Below are positions 1 through 12,000 of a stretch of 64,000 nt of DNA, in pieces. Made by a program: the position numbers and the translations under genes. Source of the stretch: a virus (Duplodnaviria; Caudoviricetes); IMG/VR virus record IMGVR_UViG_3300030372_002234, positions 8,876-72,875 of that record; one strand, 5' to 3'. How positions within the stretch are numbered: the first letter of the stretch is position 1; each line of letters starts with the position of its first letter. The notes below the pieces were generated by a model. It searched no databases, was not told the origin of the DNA, and was given only the letters and a program-made list of their open reading frames with translations.

Positions 1-40
1 TATAGCTAAATCAGCTAAAAAAGCAAAGCACTTTAAAAGA

Positions 41-3000
41 ATGGTAAAACGTGCCCACGATGGTAAAACAGTAGGAAGATACAGAGCGGCATCAGCGGTA
101 GGAAAAACCTTACGTGGTATTGGAGAAGCTACTATGTTTAGTAGAAGACTCTTGCCAACACAGATTGTGTCTGAGCTTTTCTTCCCTAGTCTTAAATTTT
201 TGCGCCATTCAAGAGCTATGAAAAAAGGTGATGATGCTGCGGATGCCGCAACTTCATGGTGGAAATACTTAAAGAACGAAAATTACTTAGGCGATAGCGT
301 AGGTAGGAGAATGCTGCATAGATCTATTGGTGGAGCTATGGAAGGCGTTGTTTGGGGAAGCATTGAATACGGAGTTATGGAAGACTACCAAGATAGAACC
401 AACTCTCTTATTTTTGGTAACGATGCAGCAGCAGCCTTAGCTTTAGATCGTGACAGGTCAGGAGCTTACGGTCATATGCTTATGTTTGGTGTTGCATTTG
501 GTGGTTTAGGTGGCCCTCTTATTGGTGAAACCTTCACGCAAGTAGGTAAAATTCCTCAGGGAATGATGATCGGCGGAATGAAAATGAGCCAGTGGGCTGA
601 TCAGGTTCTTTCTCCGGGCGGTCAAGAAGCTATGGGATATGCTAAAGCACCGTTTGCTAAACGGTTTGGTGCTAGAATTGTACAGGGAACCGGAAATGCA
701 GTTACTTGGCTTGGCGGAGGAAACCAGTATAGCGTAGAACAGCAGTACTTAATGTATAAAGCATTAAGTAAAATTTCTCAAACAGAATTACTTAAGATGG
801 CAGAAGCTGATGATAACGGTGTTGCTATGACTAAAGTTCTTCAGGATATTGAAGACAGAATTTCTAAATATCAGTGGGCAGCTTCTGAGGCTGGCTTAGA
901 CATTAGAGAAGCTTTTAAAAGCGCAGAAGATGTTATGGATGGTAAACCAGAAAAGGAACGTACTTCCTCGGCGTTTATTAAACAAGTTGAAGATCACTTA
1001 GAAGGACAAGAAATTGCAGCTAGAGGTAAAGCTGGGTTTAGGTCTAGAGTTAGACAAGCCGTATTAGCCGAGTTCCAAGAAAGAATGAGATCAGGACAAG
1101 ATGTGGGTATTATGGAAAAGGCAATGGAAGAAGCTGACCCAAATAACCCGCCATCTGATCCAGAGGTTTCTAATTTAAATAAAACAGTTACAGATATTCA
1201 AGAAGAAAGTGCAAAAGTTAGCAAAGAACGAGAAGCTGTTGTTCAAGAACAAGCCAGAAGAAAAGAAGGATTAGAACCAGATGAACCAGCACGAACCCCA
1301 GAACAAATTGAAGGAGAGTTCGCTGAACAGGTAAAACTTCGAGACGAAGAAACTATTGCTGCTAAAACAGAAGAAAACAATAAAGCTAAGGCAGAGTTAA
1401 AAGAGCTTAATAAATCAAAACGTAAAGGCGTATCTAAAAAACAGTTTAAAAAAGACAATCCTCGTGTTGAAGAATTAGAAACTACCATTAGAGAAACTGA
1501 TAAATTTCTTGCAGATGCTGAAGAAGCTAAAAAAGTTTCTATTGAAGAAGCAGAAGCAAAGAAAAATGCAGAGCTTGAAGAAGCTAAAAAAGATCTTCAA
1601 AATCTTTCTGATGATGAGTTAACCGAAAGATTAAACGACTTAGATGTTATTTTAGGTGAAAGACTTTACGAACTTGAGTCAGAAGCATATGCTTACTGGC
1701 AGGCTAACCCTGAAAAGTTTGTTAAGTATATTGCTTACTTTAGAAAAAAGGTTTTAGAAGAACGTTTAAACGGAGATACTCCTAATGCTAACGGTATGCC
1801 TCCAATGTTTGCAGCTATTGATGGCTTAGAGGTAGACGGTGCTGTTAACATGATTCAACTTTTTGCTCCCGGTACTTATTTTACGAGAGATGAGTTAATT
1901 AGAGTTCGCAGGCAGTTAAAAACAGAAGACCAAAGATTTATTACTGCTGCTCTTGAAGGAAGTCAAGACGGGGAATTTGATCTTACAAAAGCTGAAGCAA
2001 GAGCTTTAACAACTAGAATTAAAGATATTTTAGTTGAAGAAGCAGTTAACAAAGATTATACTAGTGAAGAAATGCGTTTTATGAACGCTATTATTAATGA
2101 GCCTAGTGCCGAAACAATTGAAAAAGCGTTTGCTTCAACTCGGGTTGAAACCTATGTTAATAACATGATGATTGACGCGGCTAAAAACAATAAGGTTCTT
2201 ACGGCTGATGATCTTATGTTATACAACCAAGATCCTGAATTAGTTATTGAAACGTTTGTAAAGGCTAAACAAGATTTAGCCAAACTTATGGTTGAAGTAA
2301 GAGACGGTAATTATACTACTATTCTTAGAAGTCAAGGTAAGAATGTCTTAGATACTCTTGGTGAAGGAGTCGAGGGATATAAAAAATCAGGAAAAGGTAT
2401 TACTAACAAATGGAAAGCTGATTTCTTGGCTAAATACTTTAGCGAAAACGAAGAGTTTACTGCTACTAAGGCTGAGATGTTAGAAGTATTTGAGGTAAAC
2501 GATGAGTTTGTAGGACCAACTCTTCAGCAGCCCGCAAGAACCTCAGAACAAATGGATTTAGTCAAAGCCCGTATTAAAGATTTGCTTGAAGACGTTGTTA
2601 ACCAGCAAGCAGAAAAAATTAAAATGTCTGAAGTTAGGGCACGAAGAAAAAGAGCAGGTTACGCAAAACAAAGAGAAAAAACACAGAATGCTTACGCTAA
2701 ATGGTATGAGTCTAGTACTAAATTAAGTAATAAGACAAAAGCTGATCAAGATAAAGTTGTTTTCCAGAGAGCGCGTAATAAACTTAAAGAAATGCGTGAC
2801 TCTATTAACAAAGCGGTTGACGCTGAGTGGGAGAACGGTACTATCAAAGCTGATTGGATTGCCCGACAAAGCAAACGATTAGATGTACAGTATAGACCAA
2901 ACTTTGCTCACGCCCGTCCTCTTGTTAAAGTACTCTCTATGCTTCAGGCTCATTTGTTAGGCACTGCTCGATGGAAGCGTGATTCTCTTAGTGGGTTCTT

Positions 3001-6000
3001 TGTTGATACAACTATTACTAGAAAAGATTTAATTTCTATTTTAGAAACTGCTGAAGAGGGTTATGGGTTTATTGCAAACATCGATGAAATTGCTATTGGA
3101 GCAAGAGTAGGCGAAGGTTACGACGGTGAGAAAGTAATTCAGGCTCTTCTTACTAAACTCAAGTCCACTGATCAAACGTTAGGAAACGTACTTAGTGCTG
3201 GTTTTGAAAAGAACTTAGGTATTCATTTCGGTAAGAAGCTTCCCTACGCTACTGATGTATTTGGATCTAGAGGCGACTTACGAAACCTTATGACTTCTCT
3301 AAAGGGTCAGTTAGAAGGAAAGCAAGCTTATGCTAGAGGTAAAGCAGGAGCAGGAGAATACGCTGGTAATCGAGGAGATGGGAACATTGACGAGGCTACT
3401 TGGAATTCATCCTTTAACGAAGAGTTTATTACTCGTTTAGGTTACATTGCTACAGAAGGTAGTCAAAGAGCTAGAAATCTTCTTGCTGCTTTAGATGGAT
3501 TAAGTCCTGAAAAACAAATTGCTACAGCACTGAAATTTATTAACGAGTTTATTCCTGAAGGACAAAACAAACTAAAATCATTTAGTCAGTTAGGCGGAGG
3601 AACAGAAGCAATTGATTGGGTCGGACCAAAGAGAGCAGCACAAGCTGTCTTGTCGGCTCTGTCTACTGAACGACCGTATGCAAATAAGGTTGCTGAGTCT
3701 TACGTTGTCAAGGGAGAAAGAAACAGACCAGAACGCGCTAGAAGATTAAGTAATATCGATGAAGACGGTATCTATATTCAGCACGATTCTGATCCTATCA
3801 TCCAAAGAAACTACGAACGTGCTACGGCTGATCACGCAATGAACTGGCTTCTTAAGAAATTAGATAATCCTGATTTAGATGCAGAAGCTAGAAAAGATAT
3901 TTATAAAAAACTTCAGGCATGGCTCGAAAATTTCCCTGAACAAGCAGTACTTAATGATGCTGTAAGAGCGGCCCTTCCACAGCAAGGTCTTTCGTTTGTT
4001 CCTCGTTGGATGGTAACTGGTCCTGATGCTGATATCATCGGTAAAAACTTTGGTACAGGTATTGAAGGACAAATACAGTATAACTTAGCAATGTCAAAGG
4101 TTAATACTCCTGCTCTAATGGCTACTATTCACGACGCTATTTTTGTTGGTTTGCCGTCTATGATGACTAAATCAGGAGACGTTGCAGCTTCACCTAGTTG
4201 GAACTTTAAGGTAGGAGACGATCATGTCTTAAGAGGTATTGGATTTGGTTTCCAAACTTTAATTGCTCGTAAAGGTTCTTTTGAAGATGCCTTAAACCAT
4301 GTTCATCAGATTATGTATGGATACAAAGGTTTAGTGGAAGAAGCAAGAGCGTCTTATAACACAATGTCACAAAAAAGAGTAGAAGGTTTAACTGGAAAAA
4401 CTTTTGATACTAACGATGAGTTTGTGGGTTGGATGGCCCAAGAGTTTCCTAAATTAGATACCGCAAAAAAAGAAGCCATTATTAAAGAACTTTTCCCAGC
4501 ATTAGCAAGTTCTTATATGGACGCTGATTCTTCAGGATCAAACATTATGCTTGCTCTTGTGATGGGGCAAGATACTGATTTTGGTAACTTATGGAAAACT
4601 ATTAAAGAAGCTGATGAAGGTAATAAGGATGTCTATAACGAAGCGCACAGTGAAGCTGTTATTAACGCTTACAAGCATGTAGAAAGCTATGTACTGGAGC
4701 GAATCGAAAAAAGAGATTTTAACGGAAAAGCCGGTTTAGAAGAAGTTTATAACGATCTTGGTAAAGTTTTTACAGTACTTAAAGACGAAGGCTTATCTAA
4801 AGAAATCCTTAAAAGCCCAGTTATGACTGACTCTTACGGAATCGGTGTAGCAAAAATGAAAGAAAGCATTATTGAATCTTTCGGTAAACCTTCTGTTAAA
4901 GAAGAATTAATTAAAAGAGGTTTATTTACTGAAGAAGACTACGATGCTAAAATTTACCAGTTATCTGATACTTTAGCTACTTTGTTATCTAAAGGTGTTG
5001 ACTCTAAGTTAGGCGGTTGGATTAAACAAAGCTTATTCGCTAAAGGTGGTTTAGACAACAAAAAATTAGGGGAGATTTTAAATAACTGGAGAAGAACTGA
5101 AAGCGGACAAAGAGTTAGAACAGGAGACGAGCAAAGGTCTGTCGCAGATAGTAATAACTTTATGAGCGATATGACAAGCGGCAGTACTACGGCTAACTTT
5201 AAAGCTGGTAACTCTGAAGAAATTTCTATGTTTGATAACATGTTTGACGAGGTTACACGGCAAATTTCAGTGTTAGCTGAGATTACTGGTGATGTTGAAT
5301 CAGCTAAAGCTCACGTAAACAACTTAGTTAATTTAATTACTGATGACCTTAAAGGTGATAAAAACGTTGAAAAATTAATGGCTGAAGGTAAGTTTGCTGA
5401 AGCTCAGAGAGAAATTGACATTGCTTTTAATAAAATGTCAGAAGAAAGTGTTATGGTTAAAGCACTGAACAGCTACATGGCTCAGGGTTATGGGTTTGAT
5501 GAAACAGCCTTTAGAGGACAGCTTGAAGCTATCTTAGGTAAAGGCAAAGCAGATACAATAAATCAAATCTTAGGTCGTTTAAATCCTCTTGCTAGACAGG
5601 CTATGAAGGGCCAGATGTTTAGGCAGTTAGCTATTTCGGCTGAAACTCGAAACTTTGTTAAAAACAACTTTGATCAAATCGCTGATAAAATTCTTCGACT
5701 GCAAGCAGAAGAATCTCCTCTTGGTCTTGGTAAGCTTGTTATGGAACCGTTGAGCGAAGAAGACATTAGACAGCGTACTATTCTACAGGCCGTTAAAGAA
5801 CTATCAGAAATTTACGACTTAGAAAAATTAGAATTAGAAGTTGGTGGCGAAAGATTTAAAAATCTTACTTGGGAAGATTACTTTAAGCAGTGGGAAAAAG
5901 ATAGCGGAACTGGTTTAGAAATTAGAGCAGCAGCTATAGATGCGTTTAAAAATGTTCGTTGGAAAGCAATGTTAGATGAAATCGATCAGCGTCTTGCTGA

Positions 6001-9000
6001 AAACAAAGAATCTAACGACGCTGAAGTCATGTCTTTAGAGATGCAGAAAGAAGCTATCGAACAAACAATGAAGATGCTTGCTCGTATTATTGATGCTACT
6101 AACGAAGGAAGACCTACGGACGCTGCTAAGAGATTAGAATTAGTTACTGAAAGCCGTAACGTGGTTAATACGGGTAGTATGCCCGGACTCTTAGGCGCAC
6201 TTCCTCAGACTACTACTCGTAGATTTGAAGGCGCACCTATTCCAATTCTTAGAATGGCACAGCTTGAACAAACTGCTGAAGTTAAACAGTTAAGATCGTT
6301 AGAAAGAGGCGCACAGCAGGCTGATACAACCAAAGCAGTATTCAGTGATGCTGAGTTATCTCGTCCTCTTAGTCCTGAAGATCTTGCTGACGTTCAGACT
6401 TACAAGGGATCTATGTATGATGTCCCCTTAGCTTCTAAGCCTATTTACGGTTTGCAGGATAGTCCATCACCATTTATTGCAGCAGAGTTATTACAAGCTG
6501 AATTAACTAACTTTGCTAATCAGGTAGGGGGAGTAGCTAAAAAATATCTTAGTGAGGGTAATTTCTTTAAACTCTATAATACACATAGGCATTATGTTGC
6601 CGCCCAAGAAGCGATGAAAGCTGATACTGTTTATCGTGATATTGCTAAAAGCTTGTCAGAAAAACGTGAACAGCTTCTAAAGGATCGCCCGACATCTGAT
6701 GCTTTGGATACGGAGTCTTTTCTTAATCAGTCGGAAGACTATGTTAATCTTAAGTTAGAATTAGACAAAGCACAAGATAATGCTCTTATGGTTAGAAACG
6801 AAGTTTTAGCTATTGATGGATCATGGGCTAAAGACGTAGAAGAAAGAGCTTGGTCTATTATGTCTATGTCAGGAGAAACGTTAGAAACTGTATCTAACGG
6901 AAGAACTTGGGGAGAAGCCGTTAATAAAACGGCATTAGATAACCAACGATCTGGTAACATGATTGCATGGTTAGCCCCTCCTGCTAAAACTCCGGGTGAG
7001 GTAATTCTTGATGGTAGTAATACTGCAAAACTTCGTTATGAAGATAAATCAGAAACAGCTATGTTACCGCGTTCTGCACACTCTGTAGATGCATCGGCTG
7101 GTTTGTACATGAGTAACTATATTCAAGTTACTGGTTGGTTTGAAGGACTTAAAAGCATCCTTAAAAGAGAGCCTACTAGTAGAGAGATTACTGTTTTTGC
7201 TCGATGGGCAGACGCTAAAGCACGTTTTGATGTTGATGAACAGAATAAACTTTTATCTAATTTTGGAAAAGAAATTGCTCCCTATAAAGATTTAACTGAA
7301 AAACAATTAACAGATATTATGGGTAGGGGGCAGGATATTGCTGCTCAAAACTTTAGAGACGCTAACAACGCAATAGCCTATATGGCTAAACCCGTAATTA
7401 GAGAACAAGTTAAAGAATCCCTCAAAGCCCAACTTGGAGATGATTTTGAAGCTAAAGTTGCAGAAAGAACCGGCGGGTTAACTCTTGAAGAATTAATGAA
7501 TTTTAAACGAAAGTTAACTGACGAGAACACTACAATCTTTGTAAACCCCTTGGGAGTTGTTATTGCTCCTCACAAGGTAGTTGGAGATGGTATTGTTAAT
7601 CTGACTATGCAAGAAAGAGTTTTAGCTTTACAGGGAATTCAAAATCAAACTGTTGTTGATCGCATGAGACTAGCTACAATGTTTGATAGAAAACTTCCTA
7701 TGAACTCAGAGCTTTCATCTCGAATGGGTGGATACGATCCGTTTACTAAGTTTAATGGAATGACTATTGATAAAGCCAGAAGGAACGCTGCTGTATTAAC
7801 CGATGCCTTAGAAGTTTTACAGGGAAGAAGATCTACAGAAAAACTCAGTGTTGCTATTGATAGACGTAACGTTGTTAGAAGAGGTACTTTAACTGAAGCT
7901 CCCATGAAGTTTGTTAAATTTTCTAATGAAATAAACGAAGAAGGAGCTAAAGACGCTAGGATGTTGTTAGCAGAAAATACTTTAGAAATGCTTCCTTTAT
8001 CTGAAGACTCATTAAAGAAAATTAATGCTCTTAGAAATACTTTTGATCCTTACGACGAAGCTGACTGGGCTAACGGTATTCAAGTTGCTATGATGGTTAG
8101 TAAAGACTCCGCTTATAACGTGTTTAAACAAAGAGTATTAGCTGAAGAAAGACTTTCAGCTAGGTCTAGAGATTCTAACCCAGACGAGTTTAATAAACAG
8201 TTTGATGCACGGTGGGAAAAAGTTAAACCAATTGTTGACGAGTTAAGAAATGAATTAAATATTCTTAATAGAGATAGCGACGTTGTTTCTAATTTCTTAA
8301 ACAGAAACGATGTCTTCTTTGGTGAAACAGCTATTGATTCTACTACCCATGAAACTTTTAACAGTCTGTATTCTCAGAAAATTAAGATTGAGCAAGCTGT
8401 TCAAATGGAATTATTGAATAGAACTCTTGTTCCTGATAACACTTCGTTTGACCGAGAAGTTCAGTTTATTAAACCAATGGCTGATCTAAATGGTATTATC
8501 CCTAGATCTGACGGTACTCAACTTAAGCCTAACACTATTGATGCTCGTATTCAGGATTACCCAAAAACAGACGGTCACTTGATGTTAACGCATCGTTTAG
8601 ATACGTTTGTTAATACTGGTATTTTAAATAAAGATCAAGCGTCTGTTCTTAAATTAGCTTTTTGGAATTATGATACTGAAGCATTAGGTAAGATTTTTGA
8701 CCCAATGAAAACAGATAGTCCTTTACGATTTGATGTTCTTGATGGTGTCGATTATATGGGTAAATACGAACAACTTAATAAAGCATTTACAGATGGAGTT
8801 GTACACAGAATTGGGCTTCTAAGAAATATGTCAAGTAAATTTGATGATCCTAGTTCTTTAGGTCCGGCTGCTGTTGTTCTTGAAGAAATTGGACATGCTC
8901 TGGGTCATAAATTAGATTCTGATACTCAGATTAACTTTATTGAACGTGTTAAGAAAATTGAGATGGCTACAATTGAAGAAGCTGAAAAACTTCTTTATGG

Positions 9001-12000
9001 CGAAGGTGGTCCAAAGAATAAAAAACGTCTTGAACAATTAAGAGAAGATTTTAGACGTATTAAAGATATGGAAATTCCAGAAAACGCTGCCAAACGTACT
9101 GAGTTGTTTGGTGCTATGTTTGCTCTTAGTGGCTTACATAAAGCTAAAAATCAGTGGGATACTATTACTGACGGTGCTGCAACACAGACCGCTTTGTCTG
9201 ACGCTCACTCTATTATTAAAAGTCTTGGTAAATTAGCTGATATTTCTGGCGTTGATGCTGATACCTTAAACGGTAAAAGCTTATTTACTGGTGTTGAAGA
9301 AACAATAAGATCTTCTATTAACTTAGACGTTAGATTAAACAAAAGATCTCAGCCAACAGATGAAAACCGTTTAGACGAAAACCACGGGCCTCGACATGTT
9401 GATGTTGATGTTGCAAAACGAAACGAAGACATTAGAAGAGCTAAGGTTGAAAAAGAAACTGACGATCTTATTGAACAAATCAGAGATCCAAGAACAGGTC
9501 AAGTTGATATTTCTCTTCTCGGTAACGCTGACAAAATGAGTGTTACTGTAAGAGATACGATTATTCTTCGTGTTATGGAAGACCACGTTAAACGATCTAC
9601 TTCAGGATCAAGAGTTGATACGCCTTTTTCTTCTTACCTGTCTGCAATGGCCTTTGGTAAATTAACTCCTAATCAAGTAGCTAGATACGGTGAGCTATTG
9701 TCTAGCCCGTTTGGTATGAGGCAGTTTGCTTTTGCTACTGATGGTGAAATTCCGTTAACTGCCGCAGTTGAGCATTTGTTTAACGGTGCTGATTCTCAAA
9801 GTTACTTTACTACTGGTGCTTTCCAAGACGCTATGCCTACAATTCAAGGATTGGGTCTATACTTAAGAGGTGAGTTTGAGAAAGTTATCCCAGCACTTGC
9901 TCTTCTTAAAGGACAAAACATGACCAAAGGACCGCTTGGACCTACCGGAGGAGAAACTACTCCGTGGTCCTTGTACTCTACTTTGTGGCGTGAAATGGTT
10001 ATGGACTATCAAGGTAAAGATAGAGCTAAAGAAGTATTAGTAAACAAGCTTAAATCAATGAAAGATAACGATCCTGATTTTGTTAAATTCTTAGGAAACA
10101 AAAAGAAATCAGATGAGTTTTTAGATATTATGGCTGACACTGCTGATTCTTGGGCTAATCCAAAAGAAGGTTTGTGGGCAAGTATTGTAGATTCTATGGT
10201 TCAGGCTGGAATGGTTAAAGAATCTAAACGAAACGATTTAATTGCTAATGCTGCTTATCCCATTAAGTTTAAGGACAGTATCTTTAAAAATATGACGGAT
10301 ATTGACGGCGATACTCCTAGAAGAGAACTTAGAAGAGCTATGGTAGACATAGTTAGAGGAAGGATGGAACACTCCGAAGATGTCGATATTGATATTCTTC
10401 AAATCGCATTAGCTGACGTATTACCAAGCCCGTCTGAAAGAAGAGGCAAGAATCTTGAAACGTATATTAACAATCTTCCTAACGAAATTCAAGCTTTATT
10501 AAAAACTCCTGAAATTAAAGGTAACATTGATGTGTTACTCGGGAAAATTAGAAGGGGAGACATTACTCTTAAAGATTTAGGAGATGACGTAAGAACTAGG
10601 TATATGGATACTCTTAAAAGCGATGATTTAGTTGGTAACGAAGATCCTCGTAAAAAAGCAATGCTTCTTGAGTTGTCTGAAGAGTTTAGAAATAAATTAG
10701 CTAAATCTCAAAAGACCTCTACTTTAGACTTACAGCCTACAACGGCTGCTGAGTTTGTGGCTAATCGTTATATGAATAACATTGGTTCATCCAGTTATTC
10801 GTTTGCTGGTGATGCTTTCTTATCCCCTAAACAACTTTGGGAAGACCCACGTATTGCTAAGTTCTTAGAAGATGATCCTATTTCTCTTTTAGATTCTGTT
10901 AAACGAGGTACTGCTGCTCAAGCTTTCGATAGAGCTACTTACAGTAATTACTTTGGTATTAAAGGTTTTGGAATGAAAGATCTTATTGAGCTTTACAAAA
11001 AAGCGGCTAATGGCGAAAACACTCACCATGAGTTTAATATGATGTTTATGACTAAAGATATGACTTTAGATGAGCATAAACGAACAATGACTCACGATGA
11101 GCGTCAGAAGTTTAAAGCGGGTATTGATCACATTGACAGCATGTACAAATACTCAGTAGGTACTTTATCTACTCTTGATAACCCTCATGCTGCTCCTTTC
11201 TTAAGTATTATTAACGTTATTAGTGAGTTAGGTACAGCTTTATCTATCGCCCCTCGTCTTGCTATTGCAACGGCTATCGAAGAAACGCCTATGTCTATCG
11301 GCAGCGTTCTTAAAGATAACTTGTTGGGAGCTAAGAGAGAAATGCAAGATGTTCTCGCTATAGCTAAAAGCACTAAAGATATTCATGAAACCTTAGAGGG
11401 TTTAGGCCATATTACATCTTCTGTTATGCACCAAGCAGCAGCCCTTGCGGCTAAAATGGGTGATGACGGTTCAGGATCATACGGCGTTACAGATAAAAAG
11501 AAAATTAAACAAATCTACAAATTCTTGTCTACTGGTATGAACAAACAGGTTATGGCAGCACGAAGTTTAGGTGCCATGCAGTACGTTCATAGATTAGATA
11601 GTATTTTCTCTAATATTGCGGGAGATATCTCAATTAAAGCAGAAGATACAGCTAGAGGCAAGAGCATGTCGTTTATGCGTCAAGGCACTGGAGGTTTCCA
11701 CGTTAACGCAGATGAAATTTACTTAAGATTACAAGAACAATTTGACGGTGACTTTACTAATATCACTTTAGATGAATTTAAGAAAACAACTAAAGAATTA
11801 GGAATTGATGAAGAAATTTCAAGAGATATTTTAGAGGCTGTTAAAATGGGCTTGTTTGAAGAAGACAAATACCAGTTCTTTAGAAACATGTGGGTTGAAA
11901 ATCGTGAGCAAATTTTAAGAACGGGAGTTCCTTTTGATAAATTACGATTAAAAATTACGGCTGATTACGATCAACACGTAAGAGCAGGTAAAGATGGAGA

